Source of the DNA: Magnetospirillaceae bacterium
Lineage (GTDB): Bacteria > Patescibacteriota > Saccharimonadia > Saccharimonadales > EFPC-124
DNA: 48,540 nt
Reading direction: 5' to 3'
NCBI GenBank assembly: GCA_035538835.1
Contig: DATLJN010000076.1
Location: 1 to 48,540 of the forward strand
Of the stretch, positions 37,270 to 45,547 are shown in pieces. The notes under the pieces were generated by a model that was not told the DNA's origin, searched no databases, and worked only from the letters and a program-made list of their open reading frames with translations. A program made the position numbers and the translations under genes. How positions within the stretch are numbered: position 1 is the stretch's first letter; every line of letters starts with the position of its first letter.

Positions 37270-37887
37270 TTAAGCCGCGATCGCTTGGCTTTGAGGACCC
37301 GTATAGACTTCGCGTAAATCGGTTTCGAGTTCACTAATAACTGTGGCCGCCGTGAGCTGTGTGGCATATTCAGCGGCAGTACGACTATCGGCCATTTGGT
37401 TAACCGTATGCTCAAGATAGTCATGCAAAATAACAGCGTAATCTTCTAGCGCGGCTCGTAAATATACGGTTTGGTCAGGCTGTGGATGTTCATCACCTAA
37501 AAGAGATGCCGCGTAGTTTATGGCTAAACTACTACATTCAAAAGCCTCATTGGGGCTAAAAAGGGCATCGGGCGCCGTAATTACGTAGGCAGCTACCCTC
37601 AGTAACAACCGTTCACGTTCTTGAGTAGTGATTTCTGCTGATTTAAGTACACGCACACCATATTCTGCGGGCCGCGGCCTCGGAAGATGGTCGGTAGCCA
37701 GGAACGCCAGCTCTTCGGCCAAGTCAGGAGAAAACCTTAATGCGCGCGCAAATAATCGTTTGAGCGACGCTTCAATTGCTGCAGCATCGCCTTCAGCAAG
37801 CTCAGTAAGGGTGGCCTCGAAGACCGAGTTAATTGAATCCTGTTCTGCCGCTGCCTCGTTGCCGGCCGGTTCTTGTCTTTGTTCCAA
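37270..37887 (-). CDS. hypothetical acidic, predicted all-helical protein (205 aa)
   Basis: TTG start with AGGAG 9 nt upstream. No recognisable motif. Confidence 0.4.
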   Translation of the reverse strand: MEQRQEPAGNEAAAEQDSINSVFEATLTELAEGDAAAIEASLKRLFARALRFSPDLAEELAFLATDHLPRPRPAEYGVRVLKSAEITTQERERLLLRVAAYVITAPDALFSPNEAFECSSLAINYAASLLGDEHPQPDQTVYLRAALEDYAVILHDYLEHTVNQMADSRTAAEYATQLTAATVISELETDLREVYTGPQSQAIAA

Positions 37888-38250
37888 AACTAATAACTCC
37901 TGTAGCAGCTAGGCTAACAGGTATTTGGATCTTACGCAACTATATACTAAAAATAGACGATAGAGCTACAGATATAGATCATCCAAATTTGACTTTAAAG
38001 TTCACCCCGCACATGCAATGTGGCCCATAAAACTGAACCGCAGTCTTCGAATGCAGAAGGAGACCTGTGGGCATATAACTCTTAGCGATCTGCATTCAGG
38101 TGATCAAACGCGCGCACGAACCAGCCACATTGTTGTGATGCCCATTTCGCCTTAGTTGGCGTGACACCTCATCTGACTGTCACAGATGATCTGGTGGGCC
38201 AGGCACACGCGTCCCTCATCTTAAGCTTGTGCGGTTGGGGAGATTGGATT

Positions 38251-38277
38251 CAACCTCCCGCGCGGAGGTTGTTTTTT
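38251..38277 (+). terminator. plus-strand intrinsic terminator with no annotated plus-strand gene (CAACCTCC-CGCGC-GGAGGTTG-TTTTTT)
   Basis: 8-bp G+C-rich stem followed by six T on the plus strand only. It overlaps the stop codon of the minus-strand ORF 38276..38725. Confidence 0.5.
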
Positions 38278-38725
38278 ATAGTCCGCGTAAATCGGCAATA
38301 ATATTTAATAGTTCATCAGCGGTTTCGTGGAGATACATCCACCTTAATTGAGCAATGACACCCTCATCCTGCGTCCCTTCAGGGCCATAAATCAGATCTA
38401 AAAATTTGTCGGCATCATCTAGTTCAAGCCACAACTGTGCTTTTGCAACTTCATAACCTATCCGCGCCCGTTGGTTATTACCCCCTGCAAGGCTCTTTTC
38501 GGCGGTTAGTTCATAACCCTCCAGCAGTTCATGATGCCGTGGATTTGTCTTGTCAAAGCCGTTATCTGCGATGATTTGTGCAACTAGCTGCCGACGCGCC
38601 TCGCCGGCCTGAGGAGATTCTACATAATCCAATACTTCAACAACTGTGCCGAGCCTTTCATTGATGACTTCAAGTTCAGGATCGAGGCGTGCATAATGTT
38701 CGTGCGACTGATCTTGTTCGGTCAT
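38276..38725 (-). CDS. hypothetical acidic helical protein (149 aa)
   Basis: ORF-track frame. There is no SD, but a TATAGT box ends 7 nt before the ATG, so the mRNA may be leaderless. Confidence 0.4.
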   Translation of the reverse strand: MTEQDQSHEHYARLDPELEVINERLGTVVEVLDYVESPQAGEARRQLVAQIIADNGFDKTNPRHHELLEGYELTAEKSLAGGNNQRARIGYEVAKAQLWLELDDADKFLDLIYGPEGTQDEGVIAQLRWMYLHETADELLNIIADLRGL

Positions 38726-38836
38726 ATGTTTACTATATATAAACTTTCAAGAACGTGCAGTATCAATTTCCATTCTTGGAAATTTACAAATAATAAATAA
38801 GTGTTATAATTATAACGTTCTTTGACAAAATAATTC

Positions 38837-38886
38837 GTTACTGGTAGCTGTAAGGATATGGGCATATTCTTACAGCTACCAGTAAC
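38837..38886. repeat. 50-bp near-perfect palindrome (18-bp perfect arms GTTACTGGTAGCTGTAAG / CTTACAGCTACCAGTAAC, extendable to 24 of 25 symmetric positions)
   Basis: Read directly. It lies in the AT-rich divergent intergenic region, ending 25 nt before the SD of the serpin-like gene. Confidence 0.8.
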
Positions 38887-38922
38887 AGCTGGAGTAAGTA
38901 GCAAGACTTGAGAGGAGATCCA

Positions 38923-39882
38923 ATGTCTGGAATCCGAGACTTGGGCCGCACGAGTGGTACTGTCCCCGCCAGCACCGACCTTCCAACAATCACAGGCAGT
39001 ATCGCCTTCACGAACGGGCCCATCGCCCGTGCGCTGAACGAGTACGCCCTGGTCACTGGACTGAGCGGTCTGGAAGCGCTGCAGCTCGTTGGTACCAATC
39101 CCGGTCAGGCCGAGTTGATCGACTGGATCGTCACGCACTACGCGCAGATCGCCCATCTGCGGGATCTCACCTCGCTGGCAAGCCGCGACTACGCGGTGCT
39201 CAACAGCTTCCTGGAGGCCCACGGGTTCTCCCCGCTGTTCACACCGTTTCCTCAAAGCGATGTCGGCATCACCGCGATCCTCGACGCCCCCATGAAGTGG
39301 GTCGAGGCCGGAGAGCGCACCACCATCACCCGCATGGCCGGTAGTCAGCAGGCCACCTACCCCGCGTTCAAGCTCAAGAGCACTGGCGCGAAACGCCAGC
39401 ACCTTTTCGACGCCGGACCCTTCACCGACCGGGTCGTCATCAAAACTCAGAATGGTCACTTCGTCTACTTGGGCATGCTGCCCGAGGATATGGAAGGGCC
39501 GCGCGACGGCGCCGCCGTCCTGAAATTGGCGCGCCAAATGCTGGGAGCTCGGACTCAGGACACCCACGATCCGGCGGGAGTCATTCTGCCGATGATCAGC
39601 TTCGACAACGTCAGCGAGCTGCCGTGGCTCAACGGCCTCGCTGTTGGCAAGAGCGACACCCTTAACCAGTGCCGCCAGCACGTCAAGTTCTACATGAACG
39701 AGATTGGCGCGCGCATCTCCGCTGCTTTCGCCGGCGTGATGTTTCGTAGCGCGCCGCCTGCGCCGTATGTGATCAACCAGCACTTCGTGCTGGCCATCGC
39801 CGACGACACAACGCCAACCACAGTGCTGTACCTGCACCCCGACGATAGTTGGGCTGAGCCGCCCGCTGGAGTCATCCAGTAA
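38923..39882 (+). CDS. serpin-like protein (short N-terminal region), G+C-rich
   Basis: SD GAGGAG lies 5 nt before ATG 38923. The C-terminal ~200 aa are collinear with serpins as recalled. PMKW matches the s3A KGKW region, and MLPEDMEG matches LPDEG. ILPMISFDNVSELPWLNGLAV matches LPKLSI..DLK..L..LG. NEIGARISAAFAG is a hinge-like ExGxxxxAA. YVINQHFVLAI matches 10 of 11 positions of the PROSITE serpin signature as I recall it. Confidence 0.55.
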   Translation: MSGIRDLGRTSGTVPASTDLPTITGSIAFTNGPIARALNEYALVTGLSGLEALQLVGTNPGQAELIDWIVTHYAQIAHLRDLTSLASRDYAVLNSFLEAHGFSPLFTPFPQSDVGITAILDAPMKWVEAGERTTITRMAGSQQATYPAFKLKSTGAKRQHLFDAGPFTDRVVIKTQNGHFVYLGMLPEDMEGPRDGAAVLKLARQMLGARTQDTHDPAGVILPMISFDNVSELPWLNGLAVGKSDTLNQCRQHVKFYMNEIGARISAAFAGVMFRSAPPAPYVINQHFVLAIADDTTPTTVLYLHPDDSWAEPPAGVIQ

Positions 39883-39897
39883 CAATGTCAACGAGCC

Positions 39898-39918
39898 GCC
39901 GGGGGACCCATCCCCGGC
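39898..39918 (+). terminator. G+C-rich hairpin GCCGGGG-GACCCAT-CCCCGGC after the serpin-like gene
   Basis: 7-bp perfect stem, 16 nt after the stop. Confidence 0.35.
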
Positions 39919-39979
39919 AGTTCCCCAGAATCACTCAGCCGCATGGGTGGTTGTGGGGAGCTAACTTAATAAATTCTAC

Positions 39980-40009
39980 AAAAAACACCTCGCAGTTGAG
40001 GTGTTTTTG
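39980..40009. terminator. bidirectional terminator shared by fusA and the serpin-like gene (AAAAAACACCTC-GCAGTT-GAGGTGTTTTT)
   Basis: The stem is flanked by A- and T-tracts, 16 nt from the fusA stop. Confidence 0.65.
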
Positions 40010-40024
40010 CACGTTTCGTGAAAC

Positions 40025-42103
40025 TTATTTCGCGCGTTTGCTAATAATCGCTTCAGCCACGTTGTTTGGCACTTCTTCGTAATGTGCAAGTTCCATACTG
40101 GAGCTGGCGCGACCTTGTGTTGAGCTACGCAGTTCGGTAGTGTAACCAAACATCTCAGCCAAAGGCACCATTGCGGTAATCTCTTTGACGTTACCGGCGA
40201 GGTCTTCCATGCTGTCAATACGACCGCGTTTGCTGTTAAGGCCGCCAATGACATCACCCATGAAGTCTTCGGGGGTAACGACGACGACTTTCATAACTGG
40301 TTCGAGTAGCACTGGCGAAGCTTTTTTAACACCTTCGCGGGCAGCCAGCGCACCAGCCATTTTAAAGGCCATCTCGTTGGAGTCAACTTCGTGATAGCTA
40401 CCGTCGTACAAGGCAACTTTTACGTCAACTACTGGGTAGCCGGCGATAACACCGCCATTCAGGGTTTCTTCGATACCGTTTTTAACAGGGGTGCGATATT
40501 CTTGCGGAACCACACCACCTTTAATCTCGTCGATAAATTCGAAGCCCTTGCCGGTTTCGTTTGGTTCAACGCGGATCCAAACGTCACCGTACTGGCCGCG
40601 ACCACCAGATTGTTTGATGTACTTACCTTGTACTTCGACCATCTTCTTGATGGTTTCGCGGTAAGCCACTTGCGGCTGCCCAACATTAGCTTCGACTTTA
40701 AACTCGCGCTTCATGCGGTCAACAATGATCTCGAGGTGAAGCTCGCCCATACCACTAATGATGGTCTGGCCGGTTTCTTCGTCGGTGTGCACTCTAAAGG
40801 TCGGGTCTTCTTCGGCAAGGCGCTGCAGGGCGATGCCCATTTTTTCTTGGTCGGCCTTGGTTTTAGGTTCGATAGCGATGCTGACTGGTGGATCTGGGAA
40901 GTCGATGCTTTCAAGAACAATCGGATTAGATGGGTCGCACAGCGTGGTACCAGTGGTGGTACCCTTAAGGCCCACAACGGCAGCAATGTCGCCGGCGCCG
41001 ATTTCGGTGATGTCTTCGCGCTTGTCGGCGTGCATTCGCAGCAGGCGACCAACTCGTTCTTTTTCGCCAGTGCTGGCGTTAAAGATATAGCTACCAGCGC
41101 TGAGCTTACCGCTGTACACACGTACAAAAATCAATTTACCAACAAACGGGTCGGTGGCAACTTTAAAGGCAAGACTGGCCATTGGTTCGGATTCGGCAGG
41201 TTTGCGTTCGATTTTGTCGCCAGTCTTTGGGTGTGTGCCCCAAATGCTACTTACATCAAGCGGACTTGGGAGGTAATCAACAACAAGGTCAAGCACCTTT
41301 TCGACGATCACGCCACGGCCATCGCCACCAGTTACAATATAAAATTCACCAGTCAAAACAGATGCGCGGATTGCAGCTTTAAGTTCGGCTTCGGTAATTG
41401 CCGTTTCGCCACCTTCGAGGTATTTCTCGAACAGTGTGTCGTCGGCTTCGACGGCCGCTTCAACCAGCAATGTGCGGGCGTTTTTGCACTTTTCGAGCAT
41501 ATCAGCAGGCACATCGCCTTCGACCAACTCATGGTCGGCGAATTCTTTATAGGTGTAAGCCTTCATGCTGACCAAATCGACAACACCGTTGATTTCCTGT
41601 TCAAAACCGATCGGCAGGTGGATTGGCAGCGCCCGCTTGCTAAGACGCGCGTGGATACTTTCTAAAGACTTGTAAAAGTCCCCACCCGTTGAGTTGATCT
41701 TATTAATAAAGCACACGCGTGGTACGCCGTATTTGTTAGCCTGGCGCCAAACGGTTTCGGTTTGGGCTTCGACACCCATTTTGCCGTCGAACACTACAAC
41801 TGCGCCGTCGAGCACGCGCAAAGAACGCTCAACTTCGGCCGTAAAGTCGATGTGTCCAGGGGTGTCGATAATGTTAATCTTGTGCTCTTTCCAGAAACAC
41901 GTCACAGCAGCGCTAGTAATAGTAATACCACGTTCGCGTTCCTGCTCCATCCAGTCAGTGGTTGTTTCGCCTTCGTGCACAGCGCCAATCTTGTGGCTCA
42001 GGCCGGTTCGGTACAAAATACCTTCGGTGGTGGTTGTTTTGCCCGCATCAATGTGAGCAATAATACCAATGTTACGGAACATGTTTAGGGGGACGTTGGC
42101 CAT
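40025..42103 (-). CDS. fusA: elongation factor G
   Basis: [20 protein letters not shown] and NKIN motifs. The protein is 692 aa and collinear with EF-G. Confidence 0.97.
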   Translation of the reverse strand: MANVPLNMFRNIGIIAHIDAGKTTTTEGILYRTGLSHKIGAVHEGETTTDWMEQERERGITITSAAVTCFWKEHKINIIDTPGHIDFTAEVERSLRVLDGAVVVFDGKMGVEAQTETVWRQANKYGVPRVCFINKINSTGGDFYKSLESIHARLSKRALPIHLPIGFEQEINGVVDLVSMKAYTYKEFADHELVEGDVPADMLEKCKNARTLLVEAAVEADDTLFEKYLEGGETAITEAELKAAIRASVLTGEFYIVTGGDGRGVIVEKVLDLVVDYLPSPLDVSSIWGTHPKTGDKIERKPAESEPMASLAFKVATDPFVGKLIFVRVYSGKLSAGSYIFNASTGEKERVGRLLRMHADKREDITEIGAGDIAAVVGLKGTTTGTTLCDPSNPIVLESIDFPDPPVSIAIEPKTKADQEKMGIALQRLAEEDPTFRVHTDEETGQTIISGMGELHLEIIVDRMKREFKVEANVGQPQVAYRETIKKMVEVQGKYIKQSGGRGQYGDVWIRVEPNETGKGFEFIDEIKGGVVPQEYRTPVKNGIEETLNGGVIAGYPVVDVKVALYDGSYHEVDSNEMAFKMAGALAAREGVKKASPVLLEPVMKVVVVTPEDFMGDVIGGLNSKRGRIDSMEDLAGNVKEITAMVPLAEMFGYTTELRSSTQGRASSSMELAHYEEVPNNVAEAIISKRAK

Positions 42104-42201
42104 AAAATCCTCAGTTATGTTATTACTGCTCTTTTTAGAGACATCAAAAAAGAGCGATTTACAGAGAAGTATAGCATAAAACAGATGAGCTTAAAAGGGT
42201 T

Positions 42202-42230
42202 GCGGAGGTGAACGCTAGTGTCACCCCCGC
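42202..42230 (-). terminator. hairpin GCGGAGGTGA-9 nt-TCACCCCCGC (9 of 10 paired) after ORF 42240..43028
   Basis: Begins 10 nt after the stop. No T-tract. Confidence 0.3.
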
Positions 42231-42239
42231 CCCGAAGGA

Positions 42240-43028
42240 TCAGACGACAAACTTGACGGGGACGTCGTACCTGCCGCCTCGTTCGCCTATCACCTCAGCG
42301 TGGTGCCGGTCGCCAAACGGATCAACAAACCACACCACCCCAGGATTCTGTGTTGGAGAACTCACGAGCGGCGCCAGATACAGTGCCGGGCCACTCGTTT
42401 TGGGCTGTAGCGCCTGGAATAGGTGCGGTTGCCGCATATTCATACCCGCCGGCCGCCGCGGCAACAGATATACGCCCTGTGGTACCTGCGGCGAGTGAAC
42501 CGCTGGCCGTGACGTTTGTGCGTGTCTCGGTAAGCGAACATCGAGCACAAGGCCATTCCGTCCGTGCAATGTTGCTTCAAAGACTTGGGCGTTGAGGTCC
42601 CGCAAGGTGGCACGATACTGCCCCCGACGCCCAAGGACGTCAGTCTGCACAAGGACCACCTGGCTCGGTACACCGGCTGGGTGAATACTCAGGAACATGC
42701 CGGTCTGCATAGCTGAACACCATGTCGACCAGTTCGGCCCCGTGTACGTAGCACTTTGAACCTGTTTTACCTTTTTCCTCGCAGTGCCTGGGTAACGAAC
42801 GTCAACCGTCAACTCGCCAGTTGTTTGGTCAACAGTGAATCCAACAAAATTCTTGAGGGTTCCACCGTCCACCAGTCGGCCATGTACGGTAACATATCGG
42901 CCGTCGTTACTTATCGAAAAGCCGTCGATGCGAACATCGCCAATCTCCGGTACGAACATCGGCTGGCGATTCACCGCAAACACCGCAAACTCCTCGGCCG
43001 TGAGCGTTACTACGTCGGGCGATCCCAT
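42240..43028 (-). CDS. hypothetical protein (262 aa), G+C-elevated, no recognisable domain
   Basis: Strong SD GGAGAGGAGAG lies before the ATG. The frame is GC3-rich. Confidence 0.5.
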   Translation of the reverse strand: MGSPDVVTLTAEEFAVFAVNRQPMFVPEIGDVRIDGFSISNDGRYVTVHGRLVDGGTLKNFVGFTVDQTTGELTVDVRYPGTARKKVKQVQSATYTGPNWSTWCSAMQTGMFLSIHPAGVPSQVVLVQTDVLGRRGQYRATLRDLNAQVFEATLHGRNGLVLDVRLPRHAQTSRPAVHSPQVPQGVYLLPRRPAGMNMRQPHLFQALQPKTSGPALYLAPLVSSPTQNPGVVWFVDPFGDRHHAEVIGERGGRYDVPVKFVV

Positions 43029-43101
43029 CTCACTCTCCTCTCCATGGGTTGACGAAATAATATCACATCTGGATATAGTTGAGATAAAAACATAATCTTC
43101 C

Positions 43102-43130
43102 TTGACATATTTTATATTTTATGTTAGTAT
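43102..43130 (+). promoter_or_regulatory. sigma70-like promoter for ORF 43184..43519
   Basis: TTGACA, a 17-nt spacer, then TAGTAT, in the AT-rich divergent region. Confidence 0.4.
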
Positions 43131-43183
43131 TGTATGTATTTGTGGACCCCTCCACGTAGAACGTTGACGGAACAGGAGAGGTT

Positions 43184-43519
43184 ATGGACTACGCACAACA
43201 GCGCAGGCACGCCGAGAATGAGCAAATCATTGTTGGACCGCTCACGCATGTGCCACCACAGCCCACGCCAGAGCCCAAGAAGAAAGCCAACATCCTGGTA
43301 ACGCTGGCAACGGTGCTATACGCGGCCGCCATATTCGTCCTGGTTGTTACGGCGTACCCCCTGGTCCTCATCAGGGAAGCTCCAGACTGGGATCTCAAGG
43401 CCGCGCACTCGTCCTCCATCTTCACCCCGATCTATATCGGACTCGCGGCCTATGTCGCTCTATACACCGGAGCCGTTTGGATCTCCAAAAAGCAACGGCG
43501 AAAAGAGCGCGAAGGGTAG
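43184..43519 (+). CDS. hypothetical membrane protein (111 aa, 2 TM)
   Basis: SD AGGAGAGG is present. Hydrophobic segments are ILVTLATVLYAAAIFVLVVTAYPLVLI and IFTPIYIGLAAYVALYTGAVWI. Confidence 0.5.
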   Translation: MDYAQQRRHAENEQIIVGPLTHVPPQPTPEPKKKANILVTLATVLYAAAIFVLVVTAYPLVLIREAPDWDLKAAHSSSIFTPIYIGLAAYVALYTGAVWISKKQRRKEREG

Positions 43520-43564
43520 AAGGATAGCACCACGGTACAAGTGTGATGACCGAACTCCTGTTCC

Positions 43565-43611
43565 GTCTCACACCCCTAGCAGTAAAATTTTTACTTCTGC
43601 GGGTGTGAGAC
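43565..43611 (+). terminator. long hairpin (11-bp perfect arms GTCTCACACCC / GGGTGTGAGAC)
   Basis: Read directly. It lies between the stop at 43519 and the rpsG-proximal terminator. Confidence 0.4.
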
Positions 43612-43645
43612 AAAAAAACACTCCTCGATCTGGGGAGTGTTTTTG
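43612..43645. terminator. bidirectional terminator after rpsG (AAAAAAACACTCC-loop-GGAGTGTTTTT)
   Basis: 7-bp stem with A- and T-tracts, 15 nt from the rpsG stop. Confidence 0.6.
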
Positions 43646-43659
43646 TTGCCGAGCAGTTT

Positions 43660-44139
43660 TTACGTGCGGGCAAAGTGGGCAAAAGCGCGGTTGGCCTCGG
43701 CCATTTTGTGGGTGTCTTCCTTTTTTTTGAAGGCGGAGCCGGTTTGATTGATACTGTCAACCATTTCAGCAGCCAAGCGCTGAGCAATTGGCACTCCTTT
43801 GCGGCTGCGCGCAGCTTGCACAAACCACATAAAGGCCAGATGCTGTTGGCGATGACCACTTACTGGAAATGGTATCTGATAGTTAGCACCACCAACGCGG
43901 CGGCTTTTAACTTCCATGCTTGGGTAGACATTTTTAATTGCTTTCTCAAACACAGCCAACGGTTCTTCGGCTTTCAGCTTTTTAGCAGCAAGCTCCATCG
44001 CTTCGTATACTGCAGATTCAGCAACTTGCTTTTTACCGTTCAGCATGACTTTGTTAATCAAACGCTGCACGAGCACGCTGTTGTATTTGCGGTCGGGCAT
44101 CAATTTGCGTTGCAGCGATTTAGTCTTTTTGCGTGGCAT
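43660..44139 (-). CDS. rpsG: 30S ribosomal protein S7
   Basis: MPRKKTK... and NVYPSMEVKSRRVGGANYQIP. Confidence 0.95.
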   Translation of the reverse strand: MPRKKTKSLQRKLMPDRKYNSVLVQRLINKVMLNGKKQVAESAVYEAMELAAKKLKAEEPLAVFEKAIKNVYPSMEVKSRRVGGANYQIPFPVSGHRQQHLAFMWFVQAARSRKGVPIAQRLAAEMVDSINQTGSAFKKKEDTHKMAEANRAFAHFART

Positions 44140-44552
44140 TATTTGCTCTCCTTCTTGGCGCCGTATTTACTACGAGCTTTTTTGCGATCTTTCACGCCTT
44201 GGAGGTCGAGTGTACCACGAACAATGTGGTAACGTACGCCTGGAAGGTCAGGCACACGACCGCCGCGCACCAGCACCACCGCGTGTTCTTGCAAGTTGTG
44301 GCCTTCGCCGCCAATGTAAGCCCAGATTTCGTGGCCATTGGTAAGACGCACGCGGGCAACTTTACGGAGAGCCGAGTTAGGTTTACGTGGAGTGCGGGTA
44401 GTCACCTTAATACATACGCCGCGTTTAAAGGGCGATTTTGTGTCGAAGTAACGGCCTTTGAGCGTATTTTGGATACGGCCCAGGGCAACAGATTTGCTCT
44501 TTTTGCTCGCCGTTTTGCGTGGCTTGCGAATGAGCTGGTTAATAGTTGGCAC
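44139..44552 (-). CDS. rpsL: 30S ribosomal protein S12
   Basis: [28 protein letters not shown] and [16 protein letters not shown] start. Confidence 0.95.
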   Translation of the reverse strand: MPTINQLIRKPRKTASKKSKSVALGRIQNTLKGRYFDTKSPFKRGVCIKVTTRTPRKPNSALRKVARVRLTNGHEIWAYIGGEGHNLQEHAVVLVRGGRVPDLPGVRYHIVRGTLDLQGVKDRKKARSKYGAKKESK

Positions 44553-44744
44553 TTTTGTGCTTCTCCTTATTACAGTTTAACCGTTGGCGCAGTGGTAAGC
44601 AGCGCTACTTGGTTCTTACTTATGCGGTCATTTTATAAGAATGTACACGCTCTTATAAACTCGGACCGAAGTGAAACTCACCCATTACGATATCAGATTT
44701 AACTTAAAAGTTCAAGTCGAAAAAATTGCCAGGAACATACTTTT

Positions 44745-45467
44745 ATGATAAAGTACGACAATCCCTCGATGAAAGGCGGATCAACTATGGGAAGCTTGAG
44801 GATCGTGCAGCTGACTAAGCTCGCACACCCACTCGCGCCGGGGACGGTAGCGTTTAGCCTCGCTCCGTCGTCGCAGTGTGAACATGACAATCACCACCGT
44901 AACCCGTGGAGCTTACTCCGTTTCACAGGGGTTGCCCAAGCAAGCGGCACTGTCAAGGTCGGAAGCAACGGCAAGGACCGGACCTACACATCGCTGTGGA
45001 ACCGCTACCTTCTATTCAAGGTCGAACCACGCGCCATTACCGAACTCAAAGCTGATGACGTGCTGGTCGAGGGCGACTTCGTCGCCGCGTTCTCCTATCC
45101 GTGCGCCAGGGCACTACCCTTCATGTTTGCCGGTCCTGCCTGGTTGACCACAGAAGGGTTCAAAGCCTACCGCACCGACCTCGACCCCTTCGGCAGCAAG
45201 CTCTGCTTCACAACCAACCCTGCCGGATGGCTCTTGGTGGCGGCGGAGTGGAACGTGCCGCTCGACCCTCAAGGTCTCGAGCAGTGGCAGGAGGTCATAC
45301 TCTACGACTACGAAGACGGGAAAGCCAACGCACGCACCTTTAGCCAGTTGAACGACGGCTTCGTGGGTTTCGCGGGAGGCGCAGGCGGCATAGGCATTGA
45401 ATGTCTTGGAAAGTCCCACTGGCTCTTCCGCCATGTACGCATTCCCCGTGTTGTCAGCTTGCCCTGA
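44745..45467 (+). CDS. hypothetical protein (up to 240 aa), G+C-rich, no recognisable domain
   Basis: ORF-track frame. G+C-rich coding starts near 44790, so ATG 44787 (MGSLRIV...) or ATG 44769 are alternative starts. It converges on rpoC. Confidence 0.45.
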   Translation: MIKYDNPSMKGGSTMGSLRIVQLTKLAHPLAPGTVAFSLAPSSQCEHDNHHRNPWSLLRFTGVAQASGTVKVGSNGKDRTYTSLWNRYLLFKVEPRAITELKADDVLVEGDFVAAFSYPCARALPFMFAGPAWLTTEGFKAYRTDLDPFGSKLCFTTNPAGWLLVAAEWNVPLDPQGLEQWQEVILYDYEDGKANARTFSQLNDGFVGFAGGAGGIGIECLGKSHWLFRHVRIPRVVSLP

Positions 45468-45470
45468 CCC

Positions 45471-45497
45471 GTGGCCGCCGCCCTACGCGGCGGCCAC
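45471..45497 (+). terminator. G+C-rich perfect hairpin GTGGCCGCCGC-CCTAC-GCGGCGGCCAC
   Basis: 11-bp stem starting 4 nt after the stop at 45467. No T-tract. Confidence 0.45.
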
Positions 45498-45515
45498 ACC
45501 CAAAACTTATCAATC

Positions 45516-45547
45516 AAAAACACCCGGTCGTAGTGCCGGGTGTTTTT
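45516..45547. terminator. bidirectional terminator after rpoC (AAAAACACCCGG-8 nt-CCGGGTGTTTTT)
   Basis: 7-bp stem with A- and T-tracts, 16 nt from the rpoC stop. Confidence 0.6.

Noticed and set aside
37888-38277. This segment was tested by eye as tmRNA, SRP RNA or RNase P RNA.
   Set aside because: None of the hallmark motifs were found: no tRNA-like GGTTCGA..CCACCA end, no SRP GGAA/AGCA domain IV motif, and no GAGGAAAGTCC. It is kept only as an unclassified candidate transcript.
38722-39891. A 389-aa minus-strand ORF opposite the serpin-like gene.
   Set aside because: It runs through the AT-rich intergenic region and overlaps the neighbouring gene. It has no SD and shows shadow-frame composition. 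The plus-strand frame has SD plus ATG, high GC3 and serpin-like motifs.
40391-41665. A 424-aa plus-strand ORF, and other plus-strand ORFs inside fusA, tuf, rpoC, secY and the ribosomal genes.
   Set aside because: They are antisense to unambiguous, highly conserved genes and have no independent support.
42127-42154. An AT-rich hairpin GCTCTTTTT-9 nt-AAAAAGAGC in the fusA 5' region, considered as a terminator.
   Set aside because: The stem is weak and A/T-rich, and neither strand has a downstream T-tract. It is more likely part of the fusA leader, and the evidence was insufficient to call it a feature.
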